Below, in pieces: positions 27,226 to 37,746 of a stretch of 64,000 nucleotides of DNA (the first letter of the stretch is position 1; every line of letters begins with the position of its first letter). Where the stretch lies: assembly GCA_964631725.1 (NCBI GenBank), contig CAZVYX010000016.1:36773-100772 (forward strand). Direction: 5' to 3'. The stretch comes from an uncultured Rhodospirillaceae bacterium. Lineage in GTDB: Bacteria > Pseudomonadota > Alphaproteobacteria > GCA-2731375. The notes beneath the pieces are model-generated. The model was not told the origin of the DNA, made no database searches, and worked only from the letters and a program-made list of their open reading frames with translations. Made by a program: the position numbers and the translations under genes.

Positions 27226-28773
27226 TTATGGCCGCATGGCGTGGGTTGATGGGCCGGTGGTCCGCAGGGGCGCGACGGTATTGGCGAAGTCACAGAGCAG
27301 GGCACGGGTGTCCCTTGGGTCGATGATTTCCTCGATCCAGAAGGTTTCGGCCGAGCGGAAGGGCGAGCGCAGCTTTTCCAGCCGTTCGGTGATCTTGTCC
27401 AGCTCCGCCTCCGGATCCTCCGACGCGGCGATATCGGCGCTGTAGGCCGCCTCAATCCCGCCCTCCAGGGGCAACGAGCCCCAGCGGCCCGACGGCCAGG
27501 CATAGCGGGTGGTGTAGCGGCCGCCCACTGTATGGGCCGCGCCGGCCACGCCGAAGACATTGCGGATAATCATCGTGCACCAGGGCACCGTGGTCTGCCA
27601 AATGGCGCTCATGGCGCGCACGCCTTCCTTGATGACGCCGCTTTGCTCCGCCTCGAGGCCGACCTGAAAGCCCGGACAGTCGGACAAATTCACCACCGGC
27701 AGGTGGAAGGTCTGCGCCAGGTCGACGAACTTCTCGACCTTGCGGCAGGTATCCGCCGTCCAGCAGCCGCCATAGGACATTGGGTCCGAGGCCATGAAGG
27801 CGACCGGCCAGCCGTCCAGGCGGGCCAGGCCGGTAATCACCGATTTGCCGTAGTCCCGGCCCATCTCGAAGAATGAGCCTTCATCGACCAGCGCCTTGAT
27901 GATCGGGCGCATCTTGTAGATCTTGCGGATGTCCCGGGGAACGGCGTCGATCAGCCAATCCACGCGCCGGTCCGGGTCGTCCTCCCGGACACCTCGTGGG
28001 GGCAGTTCATGGATCGATTGCGGCAGGTAGGAGAGGAACTGCCGGGCGCATTCAAAGGCCTCTTCCTCTGTGTTCACGGCGTGATCGACGGCGCCGGCGC
28101 GTAGCTGGATCTTGTAGCCGCCCAATTCATTCTTGGTCAGTTTCTGGCCAATGCGCTCCACCACCGGCGGGCCGGCGACGAACATCGCCGATTTTTCCTT
28201 CAACATGACCGAATAGTGCGAGGCCGCCAGATGCGCGGCGCCCAGCCCGGCGACCGAGCCCAGGCCCAGCGCTACACGAGGCACCAGGCCCATGTTGGCC
28301 ACCACCAACTCCCAGCCGGCGACACCGGGCACATTGGCGCGGCCCGTGGTCTCGATGGTTTTGACCGAACCGCCGCCGCCCGAACCTTCCACCAGGCGGA
28401 CGAGGGGTATCTGCAAGCCATTCGCCATGGCCTCGGCGTTCAGATGTTTTTCCTTGATGGTGGCGTCGGCCGAGCCGCCGCGCACGGTGAAATCATCGCC
28501 GGCGATAACCACGCGCCGGCCGTTCAGGCGGGCCCGCCCGAATACGAAGTTGGACGGCGTGAAATCTTCCAGATCGTTGCGGCCGTCATATTCAGCCATG
28601 CCGGCGATCTTGCCGATTTCGTGGAACGAGCCGTCATCGGCAAGCAGTTCGATCCGTTCCCGAATTGTGTAACGGCCGCCGTCCTTCTGCCGTTGGACGC
28701 GCATCTCGCCGCCCAGTTTATCGGCGAACGCCTCGCGCCGTTTCAGTTCATCGAGTTCCGGTTGCCATGACAT
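27226..28773 (-). CDS. pccB: Acyl-CoA carboxylase carboxyltransferase subunit (propionyl-CoA carboxylase beta chain-like)
   Basis: Strong similarity pattern to PccB/AccD5 carboxyltransferases along the full length. ATG at 28773 is preceded by GGAGG; the upstream in-frame extension is unlikely. Confidence 0.85.
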   Translation of the reverse strand: MSWQPELDELKRREAFADKLGGEMRVQRQKDGGRYTIRERIELLADDGSFHEIGKIAGMAEYDGRNDLEDFTPSNFVFGRARLNGRRVVIAGDDFTVRGGSADATIKEKHLNAEAMANGLQIPLVRLVEGSGGGGSVKTIETTGRANVPGVAGWELVVANMGLVPRVALGLGSVAGLGAAHLAASHYSVMLKEKSAMFVAGPPVVERIGQKLTKNELGGYKIQLRAGAVDHAVNTEEEAFECARQFLSYLPQSIHELPPRGVREDDPDRRVDWLIDAVPRDIRKIYKMRPIIKALVDEGSFFEMGRDYGKSVITGLARLDGWPVAFMASDPMSYGGCWTADTCRKVEKFVDLAQTFHLPVVNLSDCPGFQVGLEAEQSGVIKEGVRAMSAIWQTTVPWCTMIIRNVFGVAGAAHTVGGRYTTRYAWPSGRWGSLPLEGGIEAAYSADIAASEDPEAELDKITERLEKLRSPFRSAETFWIEEIIDPRDTRALLCDFANTVAPLRTTGPSTHAMRP

Positions 28774-29117
28774 TGGCGGTTTCCTCCAACGGATCGTTTG
28801 TGAAATGTTATCTGTTGTTGCGGCCAAGATACCAGTTCGGGCGCGCCTTGAACGGCGAAATTCCGAACCGGCCGGTGGATCGGAGCAAGTGGCGGCCAGA
28901 AACCCTGGAAAGCCAACTCCATGCGCCTTTGTCTCCCAACGTGGCGGCAAAGTCAAAACCGTGCCCGCCAATCGCCCCCCAAATCGCCCGGTGAGTGGGG
29001 ATTCTTGTTGAATTTGATGGCGATGCAAGTATTCTCGTCGGCAAGGAATAATCCAGCCGCCGGAACGGACGTCTGTTGGCGGCATGGGCAGGTAATGGTT
29101 TTTGAGAGGACAGGTGC

Positions 29118-29303
29118 ATGGCGCAGACAGGAATTGCCAAATATACGGATACTTCGCAGGCTCGGACCGCGCAGGTCATGCAGGCTGGCCTGGCGGCCTT
29201 ATTGGGACTGGCGCTGTTCATCGGCGTGGCCTTGTCCCATCCCGCGGCTGTCCACAACGCGGCGCATGACTCCCGTCACGGCATTGCGGCGCCCTGTCAC
29301 TAA
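29118..29303 (+). CDS. cbtB: Cobalt transporter small subunit CbtB
   Basis: 61-aa protein with a single TM and a His-rich C-terminus (HNAAHDSRHG), immediately upstream of cbtA. Confidence 0.55.
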   Translation: MAQTGIAKYTDTSQARTAQVMQAGLAALLGLALFIGVALSHPAAVHNAAHDSRHGIAAPCH

Positions 29304-29355
29304 TTGAAATCCGCCTGACGTCGTCACGCTCTCTGGATCACGCGCGAGCGTTCAA

Positions 29356-30123
29356 ATGGCATTTTTCAAATCGATTTTGATCAGCGCCCTGATCGCGGGC
29401 TTTATTGCCGGCGCGGCGTTGACGGGTCTGCAGACATTGAAGGTCTACCCGCTGATTTTCGCGGCGGAGGAAATTGAGAATGCCGCTGGTGCCACGGCGG
29501 CGCATGATCACGGTAGTGCGCCCGTGCAAGGCACTGATACCAAGCATCATTCCGATGGCGAAACATCTCATCAGGACACGGCCCACAGTCATGACGACGG
29601 GGCGTGGATGCCCGCCGATGGCGCCGAAAGACTGTTTTATTCCCTGCTGTCGAATGTGCTTTTGGGCGTTGCTCTGGGCATGATCCTGGCGGCGATTTTC
29701 GCCTTGCGCCACGTTGCCACTTGGCGCCAAGGCGTGATCTGGGGCCTGGGCGGCTTTGTCGCGGTCAATCTGGCGCCGGCCCTGGGGCTGCCGCCGGAAC
29801 TGCCGGGCATGCCGGCGGGGGCATTGCTGGCCCGGCAGACCTGGTGGCTCTCCACGGCGCTGTTCACGGCGGCGGGGATCGCCATGCTGTTCCTGTGTCA
29901 TGGCGTGATTTGGCGCGTTGCCGGCGTTGCCCTGATCGCCCTGCCACATATTTACGGCGCACCGCATCCGGCAAATCTGGACAGCGATGTTCCCGCTGCC
30001 CTGGCGGCGGACTTCACCGCCGCAAGTCTGGCCACAAACCTGGTCTTTTGGGCCATTCTTGGCCTGTTGACGGCGGAGGCCATGGCCCGTATTTCCCGGA
30101 GCCGCGAATCCGAGATCGCCTGA
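29356..30123 (+). CDS. cbtA: Cobalt transporter subunit CbtA
   Basis: ~255 aa, multi-TM, with a His/Asp-rich periplasmic loop (HDHGSAPVQGTDTKHHSDGETSHQDTAHSHDD). Genomic context is a cobalamin locus. Confidence 0.7.
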   Translation: MAFFKSILISALIAGFIAGAALTGLQTLKVYPLIFAAEEIENAAGATAAHDHGSAPVQGTDTKHHSDGETSHQDTAHSHDDGAWMPADGAERLFYSLLSNVLLGVALGMILAAIFALRHVATWRQGVIWGLGGFVAVNLAPALGLPPELPGMPAGALLARQTWWLSTALFTAAGIAMLFLCHGVIWRVAGVALIALPHIYGAPHPANLDSDVPAALAADFTAASLATNLVFWAILGLLTAEAMARISRSRESEIA

Positions 30124-30155
30124 CGGGCCTGTTTGCCGGCCCTAACCTTACATTA

Positions 30156-31169
30156 TTATTCCGATTTTTCCGCCACGCCGGCATCGGCAAAGCTGGCCAT
30201 GCCCGCGTGGGTGGCGAGGGCAGCGCGTAACAACAATATGGCGGTGGCCGCGCCCGAGGCCTCGCCCAGGCGCATGCCCAGATCCAGCAGTGGCGACAGA
30301 CCCATCCGCTGCAACAGACGTACATGCCCCGGTTCGGCGGAAACATGGCCGGCCCAGCAATGTTCCAGGAAACCAGGGGCCGCCGCGTGCCAGGGTGCCA
30401 GTGCGGCGGAGGCCACGTAGCCATCGATTAACAGCGGAATCCGCGCCCGCCGCGCCGCCAGGGCGGCACCGGCCATGGCCGCCAGTTCCCGCCCGCCCAG
30501 ACAACGGGCGATTTCCAGAGGATCATCAAGGATGCCGGCGTGCCGTTCGCGGCCCTTGGCCACGGCCTCCGCCTTGCGGGCCAGACCCGCATCGTCGACA
30601 CCGGTGCCGCGCCCGGTCCAATCCCCCGCCTCGCCCTGATAAAGCGCATGCGCCAGGGCTGCCGCCACCGTGGTATTACCGATCCCCATTTCGCCGATGC
30701 AGACCAGATCGGCATCGTCCGACACCTGGTCCATGCCGCGCCTTACGGCATCGAGAAATTCCGGCCAGCTTAACGCCGGGCCCTCGGTGAAATCGGCCGT
30801 CGGCTGGTCCAGATCAAGGTCAAGGACCGTCAGATCCGCCCCGGCAAGCGCGCATAGCTGATTGATGGCGGCGCCGCCACCGGCGAAATTGGCCACCATC
30901 TGCACCGTGACTTCCGCCGGAAAGGCGGACACGCCCTGGGCGACAACGCCGTGATTGCCGGCGAAGACCAGAACCTGGACCTTATCCAGCCGGGGTACCT
31001 CGCGTCCCTGCCAGGCGGCCAGCCACAGGGTCAGGTCCTCCAGCGTACCCAGCGCCCCTTGCGGCTTGGTCAGCATATCGTTGCGCGCCTTGGCGGCGGC
31101 CCGGGCATCTTCATTGGCTTGCGGCAGGTCGGCCAGCAGGCGTCGTAGCTCTTCTTGGTTCTGCGGCAT
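30156..31169 (-). CDS. cobT: Nicotinate-nucleotide--dimethylbenzimidazole phosphoribosyltransferase
   Basis: CobT family motifs (GEMGIGNTT, LLIDGYVASAA). ATG at 31169; the upstream in-frame extension is Arg/Gly-rich and non-coding-like. Confidence 0.85.
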   Translation of the reverse strand: MPQNQEELRRLLADLPQANEDARAAAKARNDMLTKPQGALGTLEDLTLWLAAWQGREVPRLDKVQVLVFAGNHGVVAQGVSAFPAEVTVQMVANFAGGGAAINQLCALAGADLTVLDLDLDQPTADFTEGPALSWPEFLDAVRRGMDQVSDDADLVCIGEMGIGNTTVAAALAHALYQGEAGDWTGRGTGVDDAGLARKAEAVAKGRERHAGILDDPLEIARCLGGRELAAMAGAALAARRARIPLLIDGYVASAALAPWHAAAPGFLEHCWAGHVSAEPGHVRLLQRMGLSPLLDLGMRLGEASGAATAILLLRAALATHAGMASFADAGVAEKSE

Positions 31170-31186
31170 GGTGATTACTGATACTC

Positions 31187-32515
31187 CTATCTGTCCGCCC
31201 GGTCGTCCCGGTCGATCAAGTGTATAAAGCTGCCCATGACGCTGCCCAGACGCAGGCCGGCCTGGCCTTCCTGCTGGCCCAGGGCGTCCCGGACGGTGAA
31301 TAGAGCCTCGCCTGCTTCCCGGACGATGCTGGCGTAGTGAAATTCGTGACCACGGTAATCCGCGCCCTTGGCGCCCAGGATGCACGCTTCGCGCAATTGC
31401 GCCTGACGATAGCCCAGATGCATCCGGCGCTTGGCAAAGGAAGTCTCCAATCCCAACAAACCGGCCATGGCATGGTGAGCGCCTGCCTGATCGACCACGC
31501 CCTGTCCCAACACCATGTAGCCGCCGCATTCGCCCAGGACGACGGCGCCGCGCGCGGCGGCGTCACGGAGTCCGGACAAAAACGCATGGTTTGCGGCCAG
31601 GGCGCCGGCATGCAGTTCAGGATAGCCGCCCGGCAAATAGATCGCATCGGCATCAGCCCCCGGCGCCTCGTCCGCCAGGGGGGAGAAGAAACTGATTTCC
31701 GCCCCTGCTTGGCGCCAGTCATCAAGGATATGGCGATAACAGAATTCAAAGGCGATGTCCCTGGCGATCGCGATACGCTGGCCCAAGGGCGCCACCGGTG
31801 CAACGGCGCCTGCCGCGGGGAACTCCGGCGCCGAGGCGGCATTCCGCAAGCCAGGCAAATCCAAATCGTCAGCCAGATTATCAGCGGCGCGGTCCAACAA
31901 GGCGTTCAGATCGGCCCGCTCGCTGGCTTGCACCAAACCAAGGTGGCGCGCCTGAAGAACCAGAGAGGGATCGGCGGCGAGGGCGCCAAATACCCGGATA
32001 CCGGCATCGGCGCAGGCGTCGCCCAAAAGCTTGCGGTGGCGTGGGCTGCCGACCTGGGTGAAGATCACGCCGGCCAGATTCACATCCCGGCGATGGTTGG
32101 CGAAACCCCGCGCCAGGGCCGCGACCGAGGCGCCCTGGCCCTTGACGTTGATCACCAGGACCACGGACAGGCGATGCGCCGCCGCCAGATCGGCGGTGGA
32201 GCCATCACCGCTGACCGCGCCGTCGAACAGGCCCATGACGCCTTCGATCAGAAAATGGCCGTCCTGCCGCGCCTGGAGCAATTGCTTGAGCCGCGCCGGC
32301 GCCATGGCCCAGGGATCAAGATTTTGGCAGACCGAACCGGCGGCGGCGGAGAGAAAACCGGGATCAATATAGTCGGGACCAACCTTGAACGGCGTAACCC
32401 GTTCTCCATCGCGGGCAAGCAGGCGCAACAGCGCCGCCGAGACCAGGGTTTTGCCGGAGTTTGAGCTGGGCGCGCCCAAGACCCAGCCGCGCGCGGGCTC
32501 AGTCATCACAGGCAC
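31187..32515 (-). CDS. cobB: Cobyrinic acid a,c-diamide synthase
   Basis: N-terminal P-loop-like GAPSSNSGKT and a C-terminal glutamine amidotransferase domain (GECGGYMVLG). Confidence 0.85.
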   Translation of the reverse strand: MPVMTEPARGWVLGAPSSNSGKTLVSAALLRLLARDGERVTPFKVGPDYIDPGFLSAAAGSVCQNLDPWAMAPARLKQLLQARQDGHFLIEGVMGLFDGAVSGDGSTADLAAAHRLSVVLVINVKGQGASVAALARGFANHRRDVNLAGVIFTQVGSPRHRKLLGDACADAGIRVFGALAADPSLVLQARHLGLVQASERADLNALLDRAADNLADDLDLPGLRNAASAPEFPAAGAVAPVAPLGQRIAIARDIAFEFCYRHILDDWRQAGAEISFFSPLADEAPGADADAIYLPGGYPELHAGALAANHAFLSGLRDAAARGAVVLGECGGYMVLGQGVVDQAGAHHAMAGLLGLETSFAKRRMHLGYRQAQLREACILGAKGADYRGHEFHYASIVREAGEALFTVRDALGQQEGQAGLRLGSVMGSFIHLIDRDDRADR

Positions 32516-32648
32516 TTGATTTTGCCAGGGGCATTGCGGGCGGTATTCGAGTACGCGGGATCACATCCTAGTGCCTTTCCTGGCTTGCGCCAAAGCTCAA
32601 TCCATGCCTATTGCAGGGCACGGGCGCGATCAAGGGATTTTCGGCGGA

Positions 32649-33743
32649 ATGGCGGCGAAAAAGGTCGATAAAGTCGAAGGAAACGCATTGCGGCGTGGCT
32701 GGACAACGGGCGCGTGCGCCACGGCGGCGGCCAAGGCGGCCTATGGCGCCGTTTTGAGCGGCGCCTTTCCCGATCCGGTCGAGATCACCCTGCCGGGCGG
32801 CCGTGCAGTCAGCTTCTGTCTTTGCCACGAGGAACTTGGCGCCGGCTTCGCCCTGGCGGCGGTGGAAAAGGACGCCGGCGATGATCCGGATGTGACCCAT
32901 GGCGCGTTGATCCATGCCCGCGTCAGCCGCCGCCCCGGCGATGGCGCCGGTATCTGTTTCCATGCCGGCGCCGGTGTTGGTACGGTCACCAAGGCGGGTT
33001 TGCCGATCCCGGTGGGCGCGGCGGCGGTTAACCCGGTTCCCCGTGCCATGATCATTGCCGCGCTGAGCGGTCTGGCGGTCAGCGCCGGCGAAGCGCCTGA
33101 TCTGGATGTGGAAATTTCCGTGCCCGGCGGTGAGGCGATGGCGGAGCGCACCATGAACCCACGCCTGGGCATCCTCGGCGGAATATCCATTCTCGGCACG
33201 ACGGGAATTGTAATTCCCTACTCCTGCGCGGCCTGGATCGCCTCAATTCGCCAGGGTATCGATGTGGCGCGGGCCGCCGGCCTGGGCCATCTCGGCGCGG
33301 CGACCGGGCGCACGTCCGAGGCGGCCCTGCAAAAGCATTTTGGATTTTCGGATGGCGCGCTGATCGATATGGGTGATTTCGCTGGCGGCATGTTGAAATA
33401 TCTGCGCCACCATCCGGTGGAGAAGCTGTCCCTGGCGGGCGGCTTCGCGAAGATATCCAAGCTGGCCCAGGGCCATATGGACCTCCATTCCAAACGATCG
33501 CAAGTGGACTTCCAATGGCTGGCGGATGTCGCGGCCGAGGCGCCGGGCATCGCGGCGCTGTGCCGGCACGCGAACACCGCCGCTGAGGTTCTGGCGGCGG
33601 CGCAAGGGGAAGACTTTCCCCTGGCGGACAAGGTTGCCGCGCTGGCCCGCGACCGGGCGCTGGAAATCTGTCAAGGCGCGACATTGGTTGAGGTTCTGAT
33701 CTACGACCGGGCCGGCGATCTGGTGGGCCGCAGCGATGACTGA
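32649..33743 (+). CDS. cbiD: Cobalt-precorrin-5B (C1)-methyltransferase CbiD
   Basis: LRRGWTTGACATAAAKAA N-terminal signature of CbiD. Confidence 0.85.
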   Translation: MAAKKVDKVEGNALRRGWTTGACATAAAKAAYGAVLSGAFPDPVEITLPGGRAVSFCLCHEELGAGFALAAVEKDAGDDPDVTHGALIHARVSRRPGDGAGICFHAGAGVGTVTKAGLPIPVGAAAVNPVPRAMIIAALSGLAVSAGEAPDLDVEISVPGGEAMAERTMNPRLGILGGISILGTTGIVIPYSCAAWIASIRQGIDVARAAGLGHLGAATGRTSEAALQKHFGFSDGALIDMGDFAGGMLKYLRHHPVEKLSLAGGFAKISKLAQGHMDLHSKRSQVDFQWLADVAAEAPGIAALCRHANTAAEVLAAAQGEDFPLADKVAALARDRALEICQGATLVEVLIYDRAGDLVGRSDD

Positions 33744-34482
33744 AGGCAGGATACTTATTCTGGGCGGTACCGCATTGGCGGCCGCCTTGGCCAAGGCCGT
33801 GGCGGAATTACAGATTTCGGCGGTCTATTCCCTGGCCGGCCGCACGGCGGCGAAGCCGCTGCCTGGAATGGAGATGCGCGGCGCCGGTTTCGGCGGCGCG
33901 GAGGCATTGGCGGAATATTTGACGGCGGAGAATATTTCGGCCGTGATCGACGCCACGCATGCCCATGCCGGACAAATTTCAGCCAACGCGGAGGTGGCCT
34001 GCGATGCCGCCAACCTGCCCTTGCTACGCCTGGAAAGCCCACCGTGGCAAGAAGTCGCCGGTGATTGGTGGATTCATGTGCCGGACATCGCCGCCGCAAG
34101 GGATGCCGCCGCCGACATTGCCAAACGGGTTTTCGTCAGCACCGGGCGGCAGGCCATGGCGGAGTTTGCTGAAGATCGGCGCTGCTGGTGGCTGGCCCGG
34201 GTCATCGCACCCGGTGATGATCAGCCCGTGCTGGCCAATGGTTGCTATCGCTTTGCCCGTGGTCCCTTCGCGCTGGCCGATGAACTGGCCCTGCTGGGCA
34301 TCCACGAAATTGGCGCGGTGATATCGAAGAATGCCGGCAACGCGGCGAGTTACGCCAAGATCGCGGCGGCGCGGGAGCGCAAGCTGCCGGTCATCATGAT
34401 CGACCGTCCCGATGGCGGCACGGCGCCACGGGTCGATACCGTCGACGCCGCCATGGCCTGGCTGCAGATCTGTTTGGTTTAA
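33736..34482 (+). CDS. cobK: Precorrin-6A/cobalt-precorrin-6A reductase
   Basis: CobK/CbiJ family ([14 protein letters not shown]...). Overlaps the cbiD stop. Confidence 0.8.
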   Translation: MTEGRILILGGTALAAALAKAVAELQISAVYSLAGRTAAKPLPGMEMRGAGFGGAEALAEYLTAENISAVIDATHAHAGQISANAEVACDAANLPLLRLESPPWQEVAGDWWIHVPDIAAARDAAADIAKRVFVSTGRQAMAEFAEDRRCWWLARVIAPGDDQPVLANGCYRFARGPFALADELALLGIHEIGAVISKNAGNAASYAKIAAARERKLPVIMIDRPDGGTAPRVDTVDAAMAWLQICLV

Positions 34483-35237
34483 CCGTCGGGCCGCAGAATG
34501 TGGCGGTGATCGGCGGCATAGAGCCGGCTGTCGGTGGCCTGGTCCGTATCCAGCACGCGCCCGACCAGCACCAGGGCCGTGCGGGTCAGCTTGGCGGCCC
34601 GGGTCTTTTCGCGGATATCGGCCAGGGTGCCGCGGATGATCTCCTGGTCAGGCCAACTGGCGCGGTAGACCAGGGCCACGGGACAGTCTTCGCCATAATG
34701 GGGGATCAGGTCGCGGCAAACCTGGCGCAGGTTCCGCGCCGACAGATGGATCGCCAGGGTGGCCCCGGAACGGCCCAGCTCAGCCAATTCCTCCCCCGCC
34801 GGCATGGCGGAGCTTTTCATCGCCGTGCGGGTCAGGATGATCGTCTGGCTGATATCCGGCAGGGTCAACTCCAGCCCCAGGGCGGCGGCGGAGGCGGCGA
34901 AGGCCGGCACGCCGGGCGTAATTGTGTAGTCGATATCAAGGGTTTTCAGCCGCTTGATCTGTTCGCCAATGGCGCCATACAGCGACGGATCGCCGGAATG
35001 CACCCGGGCGACGTCCTGGCCCCGTTCATGGGCGGCTTCGATTTCCGCCATGATCTCGTCCAGATTCAGGGGTGCGGTGTCGATGACACGTGCGCTCTCC
35101 GGCGCGAAGGCCACGACCTCCGCCGGCACCAGCGATCCGGCATAAAGGCAGACCGGACAGGCGGCGATCAGGTCGCGGCCGCGCAGGGTGATCAGGTCCG
35201 GCGCGCCGGGCCCCGCGCCGATGAAGTGGACGGTCAT
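34479..35237 (-). CDS. cobM: Precorrin-4/cobalt-precorrin-4 C11-methyltransferase
   Basis: Tetrapyrrole methylase fold ([18 protein letters not shown]) with CobM/CbiF-specific motifs. Confidence 0.85.
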   Translation of the reverse strand: MTVHFIGAGPGAPDLITLRGRDLIAACPVCLYAGSLVPAEVVAFAPESARVIDTAPLNLDEIMAEIEAAHERGQDVARVHSGDPSLYGAIGEQIKRLKTLDIDYTITPGVPAFAASAAALGLELTLPDISQTIILTRTAMKSSAMPAGEELAELGRSGATLAIHLSARNLRQVCRDLIPHYGEDCPVALVYRASWPDQEIIRGTLADIREKTRAAKLTRTALVLVGRVLDTDQATDSRLYAADHRHILRPDG

Positions 35238-35239
35238 TC

Positions 35240-37048
35240 TTAGGCTTCCTTCGTCAAAGCAGTTTGCTTGGCGGCATAGCCGCGCGGCGTATAGATCGAC
35301 CAGCTGCCGTCGCCGCGCATGCGGGCCCGGGTCTCGGACGATCCGATCATCACCAGGGTCAGCATATCCACGTCATCCACTTGCAAATCAACCAGGGGCA
35401 ATGCGCTCACCTGCTCGCCCTCCCGGCCCAGATTGCGGGCCAGAATAACCGGTGTATCCTCGGGCCGGTGGCGCAGCAGAATATCCCGCGCCAGAACCAG
35501 CAGATCGCGCCGCCGTTTGCTGACCGGGTTATAGAAGGCAATCACGAAATCGGCCGCCGCCGCGGCCACCACCCGGCGCAGAATAACCTCGCGCGGGGTC
35601 AGCAGATCCGAGAGCGAGATGGCGCAGAAATCATGTCCCAACGGCGCGCCGGCCTTCAAAGCCGCTGCCTGCATGGCGGAGATACCGGGCAGCAATTCCA
35701 GCGATATGCGGTCCCAATGCGCCGGCGTGTCTTCACGGTCCAGCAATTCGTGAGCCAGGGCGCCCATGGCGAAAACCCCGGCATCGCCCGATGAGACGAG
35801 GGCAACATTTTCACCCGATGCCGCCATTTCGATCGCGGCGGCAACCCGCGCTTCTTCCTCGCCCAGCTCGTAGGCACGGCAGTCCTTGTCAGGGACAAGA
35901 TCGGCGATCAGTTCCAGATACAGACCATAACCGACGATGATATCGGCCTGGCGCAGGGCGGCCTCCGCCGCGCCGGTGCGCCAATCCGCCCGGCCCGGCC
36001 CGATACCGACAATGGCCAGATGGCCCCGCGGCGACCCCAATGCCGTTGTGTCGATAATGTCATTGGCCCGCGCAATGGCGCAGGTGGCGCGCTGGGCCTT
36101 GCGTTTCTCCACGATCAACTCACCGCTACCGGAACCCATGGCCGCCAGGGCCGCCGCCTCGGACACGCCGCTGACGCCGACCTCCCGCTTGACAACTTCC
36201 GAAGGGTTGGCGAGACGGGCTTCCTGTGCTTGCAGCGCCGCCAGATTGAAAAACCGCGCGGGGATATCAAAATGCGCGGCGGCGGCGTGAATGGCCGCTT
36301 CATCCGTCTTCAAATCCAGTGAAAAGATGCCGGCAAGGGACAGGGGTGACAGCTTCGCCACCGCAAGGGTTTCCGTGATCAACTGGATCAGTTCGTCCGC
36401 CTCCACGCGCCGCTCGCAACCAACGCCCAGGGCCAGATTCTGCCGGTGATAAACCAGATGCTGGTCGCTGCCGTCGGTTGGCGTATCGGTGATGGTGATG
36501 TGCAGGGCGCCGTCATCGGCCAGGGGCAGATCACCGGCGCGCAGCCAATCGGCCTCGCCTTCGATCTTCACCGTGGCACCCGCGCGCAGCTCGGCGACAA
36601 AGGTCTTCATGTCTGACGGATTGGCCAGACGCCAGCCCTGCGGCGGTTCATCCAAGGTGACGGCGTAGGCGGTATCGCTGGCCGTGGTGATGGCCGGCGT
36701 GATTTCCAGGATTTCGCCGACGCGCCGGGCCAGATCATTGGCGCCGTGATGGCCGCCCAGCAAGGGCACGACGGCGCCGCCGTCCTCCGCCAGGGCCAGA
36801 ACCGGTGCATCGTCATGCTTGCTGCCCAGCACCGGGGCCAAATGGCGAATGACGATGCCGGCGGCGCACAGGGCGATCAACGGCTGGCCGGCGGCAAAAC
36901 AATCCCGCAAGGCGGCGGCGACGTCGTCGAACGGCCGGACATCCGTTGCCTCCACCCGCTTGCCATAGCCGTGGATGACGCCGCCCAATACCGCCTGCAC
37001 GCGGCGGGCGGTGGTCAGGCCGGCCTCACTTAGGACCAGATATTTCAT
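35240..37048 (-). CDS. cbiGH: Fused CbiG (cobalt-precorrin-5A hydrolase) / CbiH-CobJ (precorrin-3B C17-methyltransferase)
   Basis: N-terminal ~330 aa CbiG-like. C-terminal tetrapyrrole methylase domain ([16 protein letters not shown]...). Confidence 0.8.
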   Translation of the reverse strand: MKYLVLSEAGLTTARRVQAVLGGVIHGYGKRVEATDVRPFDDVAAALRDCFAAGQPLIALCAAGIVIRHLAPVLGSKHDDAPVLALAEDGGAVVPLLGGHHGANDLARRVGEILEITPAITTASDTAYAVTLDEPPQGWRLANPSDMKTFVAELRAGATVKIEGEADWLRAGDLPLADDGALHITITDTPTDGSDQHLVYHRQNLALGVGCERRVEADELIQLITETLAVAKLSPLSLAGIFSLDLKTDEAAIHAAAAHFDIPARFFNLAALQAQEARLANPSEVVKREVGVSGVSEAAALAAMGSGSGELIVEKRKAQRATCAIARANDIIDTTALGSPRGHLAIVGIGPGRADWRTGAAEAALRQADIIVGYGLYLELIADLVPDKDCRAYELGEEEARVAAAIEMAASGENVALVSSGDAGVFAMGALAHELLDREDTPAHWDRISLELLPGISAMQAAALKAGAPLGHDFCAISLSDLLTPREVILRRVVAAAAADFVIAFYNPVSKRRRDLLVLARDILLRHRPEDTPVILARNLGREGEQVSALPLVDLQVDDVDMLTLVMIGSSETRARMRGDGSWSIYTPRGYAAKQTALTKEA

Positions 37049-37746
37049 AGGCCCACGCCCTCCTTGCGCACCAGAATCATGGCGAAATAGGGCACTTGGT
37101 CGGGATTGACGTCCGAAAGCTTTTGCACCTGCTGCTCGGGCATGGTGGCGTGAGCCACATAGTGCGCCTGATCCAGCAAATTCAATTCCCGCAGCACGCC
37201 GTAGACCTTCGGCGCATGACGGCCCAGTTTGATGATCGCCGCCGCGTCAGTCTGCAAAAGGCGGGCACACAAATCCTCCGCCGCCATGGGTGCCGGCAGG
37301 ATGCTCAGAACCTCGTTGCGCGCCACCAGGGGCGTCTGCGCGGCGCCGGCACAGGCCATCAGCGAGGATATGCCGGGCACCACCTGTACCGGGAAGTCAT
37401 CGGCCAGGCGATTGAAGAGATACATGAAGCTGCCATAAAAGAACGGATCGCCCTCGCATATCACGGCGACATCCTGTCCGCTGCGTAAGACGGCGGCGAT
37501 TTCCGCCGCGCCCTTGTCGTAGGCGGTGCGGTCGGGGAAACGGTTCGGATCCAGGGGCATGCGGATGATGATTTCCCGCCGGCCTTCCGGTATGTGCGGT
37601 GCGGCGATGCGGCGGGCCAGACTGTCGCCCACTTCAGGCGCCGGATAGGCAATAGCATCCACGGTCTGCAGGATTTTGTGCGCCTTCAGGGTGATCAGAT
37701 CGGGATCGCCGGGGCCAACGCCGAGGCCATAAAGGGTCGCCGTCAT
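37045..37746 (-). CDS. cobI: Precorrin-2/cobalt-precorrin-2 C20-methyltransferase
   Basis: MTATLYGLGVGPGDPDLITLKA methylase N-terminus. ATGA overlap with the cobL stop. Confidence 0.8.
   Translation of the reverse strand: MTATLYGLGVGPGDPDLITLKAHKILQTVDAIAYPAPEVGDSLARRIAAPHIPEGRREIIIRMPLDPNRFPDRTAYDKGAAEIAAVLRSGQDVAVICEGDPFFYGSFMYLFNRLADDFPVQVVPGISSLMACAGAAQTPLVARNEVLSILPAPMAAEDLCARLLQTDAAAIIKLGRHAPKVYGVLRELNLLDQAHYVAHATMPEQQVQKLSDVNPDQVPYFAMILVRKEGVGL

Noticed and set aside
27226-29085. N-terminal 104-codon extension of the carboxyltransferase ORF (to 29085)
   Set aside because: The extension is Arg/Pro-rich and unlike AccD5/PccB N-termini. ATG at 28773 has a GGAGG Shine-Dalgarno and begins the conserved MSW... 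region.
28774-29117. Possible cobalamin riboswitch upstream of cbtB
   Set aside because: I searched both strands for the B12 box (GCCACTG) together with the GGTG..AATCC and CCCGCAACTGT elements. I found only a degenerate GCCACTTG on the wrong strand with no accompanying elements, so no riboswitch is called here.
32516-32648. Riboswitch or shared regulatory element in the cobB / cbiD divergent intergenic region
   Set aside because: The region is only ~130 bp and lacks B12-box elements. It contains a short GCCAGG...CCTGGC dyad but nothing I can assign.
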